Source: an uncultured virus (IMG/VR IMGVR_UViG_3300042522_001545) (Duplodnaviria > Heunggongvirae > Uroviricota > Caudoviricetes). Taken from it: a stretch of 20,000 nt of DNA. Below the pieces are notes generated by a model that made no database searches, was not told where the DNA came from, and worked only from the letters and a program-made list of their open reading frames with translations. The stretch lies in the IMG/VR virus record IMGVR_UViG_3300042522_001545, positions 57,362 to 77,361 of that record; one strand, given 5' to 3'. Numbering within the stretch: the stretch's first letter is position 1; the number at the start of each line of letters is the position of its first letter. This document shows positions 8,082 to 16,740 of this stretch, in pieces. The translations under genes were made by a program, and so were the position numbers.

Positions 8082-8772
8082 TTTACAAAAAATTTGCGTA
8101 TTTGATCTTGAAACCGACGGGATTAATCCCGACACATGTAGTCCTGTTCAGATTGCTGCTATAATGATCGATCCATATCGACTAGAAGTTATACCAGATT
8201 CTGAATTTAATATTACGATAAAGCCAGAAGCTTTAGAAAATAATATTGATTATGCTTATGGAGATTCTGATGTTCTAGACTTTCATGCGAAAGTTAGGTC
8301 TAGTACTAAAGATGCTATTTTAGCTGACTGGAAGTCCTATCAAAAGCAAGAAAATGGATGGCAATTATTTGTATCATATCTGAATATGTATCATTCACGA
8401 TCAAGCGGTAAAAAATCATGTTTTACTGCTCCGATTGCTGCTGGGTATAATATCAACAGATTTGATTTACGAATAATGGAGAGGCTTAGTAAAAAATATG
8501 ACAATCTTAATAAAGAGGGTCGTTCAGATCTTTTTTATCCAAGAGATGTTATAGATTTGATGAATTTGGTTTTTTATTGGTTTGAAGGAAATAATGAACT
8601 TAAAAACTATACACTAGATAACCTTAGAGACTATCTAGGAATTAGTAAAGAGGGCGCTCACGATGCTCTTAAAGACGTTAAGGATACGGCAGATATTTTA
8701 ATTCGTTTTCTTAGACTACATCGTAATATTTCGAATAAAGTAAAATTTAAATCAGCATTTACCGTTGGATAA
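8074..8772 (+). CDS. DEDDh 3'-5' exonuclease (DnaQ/epsilon-like)
   Basis: ExoI VFDLETDG, ExoII GYNINRFD, ExoIII AHDALKD. Confidence 0.92.
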   Translation: MANLQKICVFDLETDGINPDTCSPVQIAAIMIDPYRLEVIPDSEFNITIKPEALENNIDYAYGDSDVLDFHAKVRSSTKDAILADWKSYQKQENGWQLFVSYLNMYHSRSSGKKSCFTAPIAAGYNINRFDLRIMERLSKKYDNLNKEGRSDLFYPRDVIDLMNLVFYWFEGNNELKNYTLDNLRDYLGISKEGAHDALKDVKDTADILIRFLRLHRNISNKVKFKSAFTVG

Positions 8773-8774
8773 AT

Positions 8775-10400
8775 ATGTCAGACTCTTTTGTATTTGATTG
8801 TGGATGTAAATTTGAAGTATTAGATAAGGGTGGAGAATTTCCTAAAATAAAATTTTCTCCCAAACTATCTAACATTAGTTTAGAATGCTATAAAACATGG
8901 GAACTGATATCCGAAGGCAATACTAAAGGATGTTTTCAGCTAGAGTCCAGATTAGGACAAACCATGGCCCGGAAATTAAAGCCTCAAAATATTGAGCAGC
9001 TATCTGGCTTGATCAGTATTCTTAGGCCGGGTTGTCTTGAGGCACATAGAGATGGTAAAAGCGTAAGCAATCATTATATAGATAAAAAGAATGGCTTAGA
9101 GTCTATTGACTATTTCCATCCAGCACTAGAGCCAATCTTAAAACATACCTATTCTGAAATGATTTACCAAGAACAGGCTATGTCTATAGCTAAAGAGCTA
9201 GCGGGTTTCAATTTACAAGAAGCAGACGATCTAAGAAAAGCCATTGGTAAAAAGCAAGCAGATAAAATGGCAAAAGTCCGTAAGAAGTTTATAGAAGGAT
9301 CTAAGCAGACTGGGAAACTATCAGAACCAGAAGCAGAACAAATATTCGAATGGATTGAAAAATCACAAAGATACTTATTTAATGCTAGTCATTCCATAAG
9401 CTATGCAATGAATGCTTATTTATCAGCGTATGCTAAAGCACATTTCCCCAAGATCTTTTTTGCATCATATCTCAGGTTCGCTAAGGACAAAATAGATCCT
9501 CAACAGGAAATAAAAGAGTTGGTTAGAAATGCTATGGAGATGGATATAGAAGTCCATATTCCTGACTTTAGAAATTTAAATGAGCTTTTCATATTGAAAA
9601 ATCAAAAGATATACTTTGGCTTAACAGACATAAAGGGGGTAGGACAGTCTGTATACAAGAAAATATTAGAACTAACAAAGAACACGAATGTTAATGATAT
9701 AACGTGGCCACAAATGGTCGGCAATATTCTGATGAATATAAACTCTGTTGCAGCCAAGGCTTTGATTAGTAGCGGCGCATTTGACTACTATAAGAAAAAT
9801 AGATCAGAGATGCTCTTCGAATATGAAATATGTTCTGGATTAACCAAAAAAGAGCAAACGGTATTTAATATTTACTCAAAGACCATGATAGATAGTACTA
9901 TAATAGACATTCTCAGTGCTTTATATACTGAAACTAAACTAATCAGAGGACGAAAAGAAACAATAGCGAACTATATAAGATCATTAGGACATCCGCCTTA
10001 CTCCTTAATTGATAAAATAGAATGGTTATCAGATCAAGAAAATGATTTACTAGGGGTTGGTATCACATGCTCTAAACTTGATGTTTATGATATTACTATG
10101 GCCAATTGTAATTGTAAAACATTCAAGACATCATTGCTAAAAGAAAACATAGTTTTAGTAGGAGAGATTGGGAATGTTAATGTTACTAAAACTAAGAGCG
10201 GTAAGAATCCGGGTCTAGAGATGGCTTTTGTTACCATAGAGGATCAATACGGAACTTTGGATTCTGTGGTCTTTTTTCCTGAACAGTTTTCCCAGTATAG
10301 ATCTTATTTATTTATAGGTAATATTTTAGTCTTTTCAGGAAATAAAAGCAAAAGCAAGGACGGTCTGATCGTAGAAAAGTGTTTTGAGCCTATAACTTGA
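8775..10400 (+). CDS. dnaE: DNA polymerase III alpha (DnaE), C-terminal piece: fingers + HhH + OB fold
   Basis: TKGCFQLES, LRPG, YQEQAM..A...AGF....AD.LRKAIGKK, YLFNASHSISYA, KAHFP..F, GLTDIKGVG, LISSGAFD, MAFVTIED..G..DSVVF. Confidence 0.95.
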   Translation: MSDSFVFDCGCKFEVLDKGGEFPKIKFSPKLSNISLECYKTWELISEGNTKGCFQLESRLGQTMARKLKPQNIEQLSGLISILRPGCLEAHRDGKSVSNHYIDKKNGLESIDYFHPALEPILKHTYSEMIYQEQAMSIAKELAGFNLQEADDLRKAIGKKQADKMAKVRKKFIEGSKQTGKLSEPEAEQIFEWIEKSQRYLFNASHSISYAMNAYLSAYAKAHFPKIFFASYLRFAKDKIDPQQEIKELVRNAMEMDIEVHIPDFRNLNELFILKNQKIYFGLTDIKGVGQSVYKKILELTKNTNVNDITWPQMVGNILMNINSVAAKALISSGAFDYYKKNRSEMLFEYEICSGLTKKEQTVFNIYSKTMIDSTIIDILSALYTETKLIRGRKETIANYIRSLGHPPYSLIDKIEWLSDQENDLLGVGITCSKLDVYDITMANCNCKTFKTSLLKENIVLVGEIGNVNVTKTKSGKNPGLEMAFVTIEDQYGTLDSVVFFPEQFSQYRSYLFIGNILVFSGNKSKSKDGLIVEKCFEPIT

Positions 10401-10424
10401 CAATCAACGGCTCATTGCTATAAT
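10397..10424 (+). promoter_or_regulatory. Consensus sigma70-type promoter for ssb
   Basis: TTGACA (10397-10402), 16-nt spacer, TATAAT (10419-10424) preceded by extended -10 TG (10416-10417). The -35 overlaps the dnaE-C stop codon TGA. Confidence 0.85.
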
Positions 10425-10467
10425 GTAGTAGTTGCGTGATTTCTTTTTTACAAGGAGTTTGATATAT

Positions 10468-10839
10468 ATGAATATTACATTGCTTAGAGGTAATCTTGCT
10501 CGTGATCCAGAATTAAGGATTGTTAATACTGGTGGCAAGCAAACATCTGTTGTTAATTTTACAGTAGCTGTATCTCGTGAATATACGAAGGCTAGTGGCG
10601 ACAAAGACAAGATTACTTCTTTCATTAATTGTGAAGCTTGGGATAGTGGTGCCGAGATGATTGCTGAGTCATTCAAGAAGGGTGATTTGGTTATGGTCGA
10701 GGGATCTTTAAGGAACGATACCTGGGAAAAGGACGGAGTTAAGCACAGTAGTCTTAAGGTTAGAGTAAATAACTTTTCTAAGATCACTCGCTTAACAAAG
10801 AACAGCAAGCAGGACTCATCCGAACCTGTAGCGTTTTAA
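10468..10839 (+). CDS. ssb: Single-stranded DNA-binding protein
   Basis: MNITLLRGNLARDPELR...F.VAV.R...FINCEAW...AE...KKGDLVMVEGSLR...W. AAGGAG SD at 10452-10457 supports ATG 10468 over TTG 10432. Confidence 0.95.
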   Translation: MNITLLRGNLARDPELRIVNTGGKQTSVVNFTVAVSREYTKASGDKDKITSFINCEAWDSGAEMIAESFKKGDLVMVEGSLRNDTWEKDGVKHSSLKVRVNNFSKITRLTKNSKQDSSEPVAF

Positions 10840-10866
10840 TCTTATGAGAATGTAAGGAAACAATAA

Positions 10867-10904
10867 ACGGGGGTCTGTGATGAGCAGGCCCCTGTCTATT
10901 TTTT
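10867..10904 (+). terminator. Rho-independent terminator downstream of ssb
   Basis: Stem ACGGGGGTCTG (10867-10877) pairs with CAGGCCCCTGT (10885-10895) using two G-U pairs, 7-nt loop, then CTATTTTTT. Confidence 0.75.
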
Positions 10905-12572
10905 ATGACAAAAAACAATAAATTAAAAATCTTGATGTGCTCTGAAGCCAGTTTTATTCATTCTGGTTTCGGTATATATGCAAAAGAACTACTAACTCGT
11001 TTACACAAAACCAATAAGTATGAAATAGCAGAATTCGCTTCTTATGGTTTTGTTAATGATCCGAGGGATGTATCTATTCACTGGAAATACTACGCCAATG
11101 CTGTTAAAGATTCAGACCATAGACATAAAGAATATTCGTCCAGAGTAGACAATCAGTTTGGACGCTGGCGTTTTGAAAAGGTTTTATTGGACTTTAAACC
11201 AGATATCGTTATTGATGTTCGTGATTATTGGATGAGTGCTTACCAAGGATCCTCTCCTCTTAGAAAATTTTTCCATTGGATATTAATGCCAACAGTAGAT
11301 TCTTCACCACAGCAAGAAGAATGGATAGATACCTTCTTAGACGCAGATGCAGTCTTTACATACTCTGATTGGGGTGCGGAAGTTCTTAAAGAGCAATCAT
11401 CTAACAAGATTAATTATATAGATACTACTTCCCCTGGCGTGGATATTAATACCTTTAAGATAAAAAACAGAAGCGATATTAAACAACAGCTTGGACTATC
11501 TCCTGATTCTATCATAATAGGATCAGTTATGCGTAACCAAAAACGCAAACTAATACCAGAATTATTTACCACTTTCAGAGAAGTCCTAGATAGATTAGAA
11601 GCCTCTAATAGTTCTTTGGGAGAGAATCTATATCTATATCTTCATACTAGCTATCCTGATATGGGTTGGGATATTCCTGAACTACTAAGACAGTCAAGAG
11701 TTAGTAATAGGGTTCTATTCACCTATATATGTAAAAACTGTAAGACAACCCAGTGCTCTGTATTTACTGGCCCACAAAAGGTTTGTGTAAAATGTATGAG
11801 CAAAAGCATGACCTTTCCATCTGTAACAGAAGGTGTATCTTCTGACACTCTGAGTAGCATATACAACATATTTGATCTTTATGTTCAGTACTCAATCTGT
11901 GAGGGATTTGGTATGCCGCAGGTGGAGGCTGGGGCTTGTGGTGTGCCGATAGCTACCGTGGATTATAGTGCTATGTGTGATATAGTTAAAAAATTAAAAG
12001 CCTACCCAATCAAGATACAAACTCTATTTAAAGAACTAGAAACAAAAGCTTTACGGGTTTATCCAGATAATAATGATTTAGCTAATTATATAATTGATTT
12101 TATCAATAAGCCAAAACCAACCAGAGAAAAATTAAGACATGAAATTCAAGATCTGACACATCAGCACTATAATTGGGATAATATTGCTCAAAAATGGGAA
12201 AAGTATTTTGACGAATTAGATGCAAAGGGATATAGGTCTAAATGGAATACTGGAAAATATGAGACACCAGTAATCAAAGAGTCAAATATTGATCCTCAGA
12301 CCCATTTTGATAGACTTATTGGAATATGCAATAATAATTTCCAAGAAACAGAACTCATAGGATCATACAAAATGTTAGAACTGCTTAAAAATGCAGACTA
12401 TGGATTTGTACAATCTAGTGCTACATCAATGGCTCCTTTTGATTTTAATAATACTCTTGACTATATTAATACTATGATAGATAATAATAATCAAGCAGAA
12501 AATGTTAAGAATAATAATGTTAAATTTGATGAAGATTTTATCACATACGCACACCTGAAAAACGTAACCTAA
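10905..12572 (+). CDS. GT-B (GT4-like) glycosyltransferase with inserted Cys4 zinc ribbon
   Basis: N-terminal KILMCSE..F..SGFG.Y; PGVD...F; RNQKRK; YNIFDLYVQYSICEGFGMPQVEAGACGVP (E-x7-E); YNWDNIAQKW; insertion CKNC...CVKC. Confidence 0.9.
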   Translation: MTKNNKLKILMCSEASFIHSGFGIYAKELLTRLHKTNKYEIAEFASYGFVNDPRDVSIHWKYYANAVKDSDHRHKEYSSRVDNQFGRWRFEKVLLDFKPDIVIDVRDYWMSAYQGSSPLRKFFHWILMPTVDSSPQQEEWIDTFLDADAVFTYSDWGAEVLKEQSSNKINYIDTTSPGVDINTFKIKNRSDIKQQLGLSPDSIIIGSVMRNQKRKLIPELFTTFREVLDRLEASNSSLGENLYLYLHTSYPDMGWDIPELLRQSRVSNRVLFTYICKNCKTTQCSVFTGPQKVCVKCMSKSMTFPSVTEGVSSDTLSSIYNIFDLYVQYSICEGFGMPQVEAGACGVPIATVDYSAMCDIVKKLKAYPIKIQTLFKELETKALRVYPDNNDLANYIIDFINKPKPTREKLRHEIQDLTHQHYNWDNIAQKWEKYFDELDAKGYRSKWNTGKYETPVIKESNIDPQTHFDRLIGICNNNFQETELIGSYKMLELLKNADYGFVQSSATSMAPFDFNNTLDYINTMIDNNNQAENVKNNNVKFDEDFITYAHLKNVT

Positions 12573-12574
12573 TA

Positions 12575-13576
12575 ATGAATAATACTCTATACATTGGACC
12601 ATATCGACAAAGAGATATTAATGGATTGTGGTCAACAGCATTAATACAAAACATGCTTAGCGACCGATCAAAAAATATATCACTAAGACCAATATTTCTT
12701 GATAGTAAATGTGCTATAAAGAATATAGACGAAGCTCTATGTCGTCAAGAAAATATACACTTATCAAAGATTGATACTGTTATTCAGCATGTTCCTTTGA
12801 ATAAGGCTTGTGTTATAGATTCGGTAGACAGAAACATATTAATACCAATTATAGATACGAACCTTGTACCAAAAGATGTTATAGATAAAGTCCTAAGGTT
12901 TGACGGAATATTAGTAGACAACAAGCCAGATGTTATCAGGTTTTCTCAAGCTTACCCCACATTGCAAAAACTAGTTAAGAACATAGATTATGTTTTTGAT
13001 GTTGATTCATCTTATAAAGCTGGATTTAATATAGGGCTACTAAACAATAGTGAAAAACTATACATGGTATGCAATTATAGAACAAATGTCAGAGTTATAT
13101 ATGATACTATAGTATCATTTATTGGAAATCTAAGATCTAAAGATATAGTATTGGTTTTGTTCACTCTGGATATATCCTCATCTGAAAAGGCTGAATTGGA
13201 GAAATTTATCAAAGAAACTTACAATAGTATGGACACAAAATACTCAATAAACAGAGTCATTATTGCTCCAATAACATCAGACTTAAATAACATATATGCA
13301 GCCCATAAGTCTGGAGATGTCTTTATTGATGCTGTTGACTATGGATCAAATAGTATTAATCTAAAAATAGCCAATAGCTTAAAGAAGAATATTATCAAGA
13401 TTGATCCTGACTATATCTTTAGTTTAACTGATGGGTCTAATAAAATTAATCAAGCTGGATCTTTAAAGATATCTTCTCAAACAATAAATAGCAGCATTAA
13501 AAAATATCTAGAAGTGAGACAGATACACAACACGGCCTCTTTGTTTAAAACAAATCACATTAATAAATATCTATAA
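12575..13576 (+). CDS. Divergent GT-B-like protein (possibly inactive)
   Basis: Rossmann-like start TLYIGPY, DTVIQHVP, and AAHKSGDVFIDA resembling the GT4 segment before E-x7-E, although that motif is absent. Confidence 0.45.
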   Translation: MNNTLYIGPYRQRDINGLWSTALIQNMLSDRSKNISLRPIFLDSKCAIKNIDEALCRQENIHLSKIDTVIQHVPLNKACVIDSVDRNILIPIIDTNLVPKDVIDKVLRFDGILVDNKPDVIRFSQAYPTLQKLVKNIDYVFDVDSSYKAGFNIGLLNNSEKLYMVCNYRTNVRVIYDTIVSFIGNLRSKDIVLVLFTLDISSSEKAELEKFIKETYNSMDTKYSINRVIIAPITSDLNNIYAAHKSGDVFIDAVDYGSNSINLKIANSLKKNIIKIDPDYIFSLTDGSNKINQAGSLKISSQTINSSIKKYLEVRQIHNTASLFKTNHINKYL

Positions 13577-13577
13577 A

Positions 13578-14456
13578 ATGAGTTATTCTAATCCTATATA
13601 CAATATAGCATATAAGTATGTTAATAAAAATACTAATATTCTGTATTCTCCAACAAATAATACTTTTGATTTACTAGCAGGGTTACTAGAAGTTAATCTA
13701 TATCAGACAAATAGTAGTTTACAAAACTATTATTATGACTTGTTTTGGAGCAATAATTTCTTGGAGCATACTCAGCAAACCAAAATGCTAGCTCATAATC
13801 AGCATTTAATAGATATGGTTTGGTTCCATAATGGTCCTCCGGTAAAGTTTAAAAAAGAAGACATTGCTTTAGTAAAAAACCAATTACATGATACAACAAA
13901 AATATTTTCTGATATTCAAACATTAAAAGCTTGGGGCTGTGATATTGATGAAAAGAATATAATAGTACCATATGGAATACCAGTATTCGAAGATCTTAAT
14001 AATATAAAGAAAACAGAATCTATTTTGATTATGAATGCAAATAATAGTCAAGAAATTAATAATTTATATCAGCATATTAAAAATGAATTCCCAACAGCAC
14101 AAATAATCAATGGATTGCAGCATATTGATTCAATCAATACACTATATAGTATTATGTCTAAATATAAAGTATGTATTGACATATACAATCCTATGAATGT
14201 TCTTATTTCCCAATATCTAGGATGTAAAACAATAACTTCCACAAGCCATAATCCAGAGATTAAAGGGATAACACTACTATTTGACTATAGTAATATTAAC
14301 ACAGTACTAAACTCTATTATTAATGATGAGCTTAGCAAAGAGGATATTTTACACAATCAATCATGGATACAATCCAATCATAGCTTTAATGCATTTTATA
14401 GCAGCGTCAACACACTATTACAAAAAATAAAACTTGAGGAGTTCTTTGTTTCATGA
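13578..14456 (+). CDS. Divergent glycosyltransferase-like protein
   Basis: IIVPYGIP, LYSIMSKYKVCID, LGCKTIT and HSFNAF echo GT-B C-terminal domain elements; position within the cluster. Confidence 0.45.
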   Translation: MSYSNPIYNIAYKYVNKNTNILYSPTNNTFDLLAGLLEVNLYQTNSSLQNYYYDLFWSNNFLEHTQQTKMLAHNQHLIDMVWFHNGPPVKFKKEDIALVKNQLHDTTKIFSDIQTLKAWGCDIDEKNIIVPYGIPVFEDLNNIKKTESILIMNANNSQEINNLYQHIKNEFPTAQIINGLQHIDSINTLYSIMSKYKVCIDIYNPMNVLISQYLGCKTITSTSHNPEIKGITLLFDYSNINTVLNSIINDELSKEDILHNQSWIQSNHSFNAFYSSVNTLLQKIKLEEFFVS

Positions 14457-14869
14457 GAAATTATCATATAGTTAGTATTTCAGAACCGGTATCTAATATT
14501 TCTGGATATCAAAAAATCTTAACAAATAACATAGAACAGATTATAAATCATTCTGCCGATAATATTTTGTGTTCATGTCTAGAGTACCAAGAAAAATCTA
14601 GCTTACAAACAATTATCAAACAGTCCCTATCCAAGATTAAGCCTCAAGGACAGATTACTATTAGTCTAACTAACTTTAAGAAATTATTTGAGGATTTTTT
14701 AAATTCTAAAATACCATCATCCCAAATCTTCGACTCATTAAGAGGCAAAAACAACATAGTAATTATCGAAGATATCTTAACAACATTAGATACAAACGTT
14801 TTTAAACTAATCAATATTAACTATGCTGAATATAATATTAGTATCAATATCGAAAGAGTAAGTATATAA
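14453..14869 (+). CDS. Small degenerate class I SAM-methyltransferase-like protein
   Basis: SADNILCSCLEY...LSKIKPQGQITISL resembles the S.D.I....LEH...LKPGG pattern; no glycine-rich motif I visible. Confidence 0.45.
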   Translation: MRNYHIVSISEPVSNISGYQKILTNNIEQIINHSADNILCSCLEYQEKSSLQTIIKQSLSKIKPQGQITISLTNFKKLFEDFLNSKIPSSQIFDSLRGKNNIVIIEDILTTLDTNVFKLININYAEYNISINIERVSI

Positions 14870-14873
14870 AACG

Positions 14874-15545
14874 ATGTTACATGTTTTGATTCTGGTTCCA
14901 GAAATAACAAAAGGGATGAAGTCATTAGGCTCAAAAGCCCTTTTAGATATTAAGAAGCACACAAAGGTACTAGAATATCAAATACACAATATTAAAAATC
15001 TTGATATAAAAACACAAATAACTGTTGCTACTGGATTTGAAGCCGAGAAAGTTCATTCTGTTCTAGACGAATTGAGTATAGAATATACTTTTAATCCAAC
15101 CTACAAAGAAACTAATCAAGGAGAATCCATAAGACTGTATTTAGAAAAATATTCTCCAAAACATCTTTTGATTATTAATAACGGGATATTGATGAAAAAA
15201 AATACCCTAAATAAACTACTGCTGTCTGGACATTCAAAGCTTTTTCTTCTTGACAAAGCCAAAGAAAACTTTAACTTAGGTTGTGCACTAACTCAGTCTG
15301 TTACAGAATATATTTTCTACGATTTGCCAGAACCTTGGGCAGAGTGTGTTTACTTGGATAAGGATGCTATTAATAATTTGTCGGTCATAGTTCAACAAAA
15401 TAAAACTAGTCAAATGTATTTGTTTGAGTTGCTTAATGAAATGCTATCGTCTAACACAATATTAAGCAAACACTACCTGAATAAAACCAAAATTATGAAA
15501 ATCAATACTATTAAGGATTTGCCAAAAGCTAAAGTATTTATATGA
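14874..15545 (+). CDS. Nucleotidyltransferase-fold (LicC/MobA/GlmU-like) protein, divergent
   Basis: GMKSLGSKALL....VLEYQI..I, VATGFEAEK, NPTYKETNQGESIRL and INTIKDL parallel the sugar/choline-phosphate NTP transferase pattern. Confidence 0.65.
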   Translation: MLHVLILVPEITKGMKSLGSKALLDIKKHTKVLEYQIHNIKNLDIKTQITVATGFEAEKVHSVLDELSIEYTFNPTYKETNQGESIRLYLEKYSPKHLLIINNGILMKKNTLNKLLLSGHSKLFLLDKAKENFNLGCALTQSVTEYIFYDLPEPWAECVYLDKDAINNLSVIVQQNKTSQMYLFELLNEMLSSNTILSKHYLNKTKIMKINTIKDLPKAKVFI

Positions 15546-16285
15546 GATCTATTCTTGTACAGCAAAGCTCGGAAAAGTTTGTTCAAAACTGTTCTGCTTT
15601 ATCTTTTGAAGATATTATGATAATAGATATATCAATAGGAAATAATCTATATCAAACATTCTTTAGACATAAGCCGGAATACTGCATATTCTCTGGCAGT
15701 CTAGTAAATAAAGAAATTTTACAATTCTGTGAGGACTATAGCGATAGTACCAACATTTATTTTTTTCATATTGACAATAAGTCATATGAGAATGTCAAGA
15801 CCTTACTGCCTCAAAAATGTAGAGTAGTCCATATTGGATATGATGATACTTATGATGTAGCTATTCCATTAGGGTTGGTTAATGATCAACTATTTTATAG
15901 CACTAGCACAAATGACAATAAAAAAGATGGTATAGTTTGTTTTATGGATGGATTAGCTTCTATTCCTAACGATCTACTTGATTTGCTATATCCAAATAGT
16001 TCCACGCCAATTAAGCTTTTCAACTGCCCTAGTATTAGGCACTACCAAAATCTTGGTATGTTAACAGAACAGAATAGAGCCAATCTATTGCAGACGCATA
16101 AGTATTATCTAGACTTAAAACAAGATGCTGGATTTAGCTATACCAATGAGGCAAAGTCTTGCGGGGCTATAGTTGTCTCCTTAGACCAAATTAAAGATAA
16201 TAGCTATACTTCTAGTCTACCAGAAAACACATATCATACTAATATTACGTATAACAAATTTTTAAGAGAGTTATTTAAACTATGA
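15542..16285 (+). CDS. Hypothetical protein, weakly glycosyltransferase-like
   Basis: ATGA-coupled to the upstream gene; NLGML....RANLL...YTNEAKSCGAIVV resembles the GT-B 'EA..CG..V' element. Confidence 0.45.
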   Translation: MRSILVQQSSEKFVQNCSALSFEDIMIIDISIGNNLYQTFFRHKPEYCIFSGSLVNKEILQFCEDYSDSTNIYFFHIDNKSYENVKTLLPQKCRVVHIGYDDTYDVAIPLGLVNDQLFYSTSTNDNKKDGIVCFMDGLASIPNDLLDLLYPNSSTPIKLFNCPSIRHYQNLGMLTEQNRANLLQTHKYYLDLKQDAGFSYTNEAKSCGAIVVSLDQIKDNSYTSSLPENTYHTNITYNKFLRELFKL

Positions 16286-16740
16286 ATGAAGATATAGGAT
16301 TTGTCTTAATAAAGCTTTTAAATAACAAGACTTATGACAGTATTCTAAATACTGTAGAACAATTTATTAAACGTCGCCCATACCAGCAACATGTAGTGTT
16401 CAATAGTTATTCGGAAAAAAGTAACACTTTTAATGTTCCAATTTTTCATCTTCAACAAGCACAGTTTTTTGATGGAAAACTAATACTATTTGATATGCCT
16501 AGTGTTATTCTGAGTAATCAATTCCCAAATATTAGCAAGCGTATACTATTTACATCTGATACCCATTGGACACAAACCAATACCGGAATGTATGAACAGT
16601 GGAGATCTATTTATGAGCAAGAGAATCTTGATATAATTGTAACCAGTCCAGTTCTAAACGACCTATATTCTATGTGTTGGAAACGCCCAATAGCCACAGT
16701 GGAGCAATTTACTTATGAAGAACTCTCAAAATATATATGA
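16282..16740 (+). CDS. Hypothetical protein (last gene of the GT-like cluster)
   Basis: 152-aa ORF, ATGA overlap with the upstream gene; alpha/beta pattern; no recognisable motif. Confidence 0.65.
   Translation: MNEDIGFVLIKLLNNKTYDSILNTVEQFIKRRPYQQHVVFNSYSEKSNTFNVPIFHLQQAQFFDGKLILFDMPSVILSNQFPNISKRILFTSDTHWTQTNTGMYEQWRSIYEQENLDIIVTSPVLNDLYSMCWKRPIATVEQFTYEELSKYI

Noticed and set aside
7900..8774. Self-splicing intron interrupting dnaE
   Set aside because: The interval is fully occupied by two coupled ORFs with 2-nt gaps, leaving no non-coding room for a group I/II ribozyme core; the cargo is a DEDDh exonuclease, not a homing endonuclease or maturase.
7850..8900. Split intein joining the DnaE halves
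   Set aside because: No intein N-terminal block after KFDILG and no HN-C/S/T junction at the start of the second half; there is too little extra sequence for a Hint domain.
679..10808. Antisense or nested ORFs in the track (679-1002, 1422-1634, 3196-3405, 5266-5523, 7124-7345, 7195-7386, 7689-7880, 10404-10808)
   Set aside because: They overlap well-supported genes and show no motifs; they are shadow ORFs.
12440..12530. AAT-rich pseudo-repeat
   Set aside because: It reflects Asn codons in AT-rich coding sequence, not a discrete tandem repeat.
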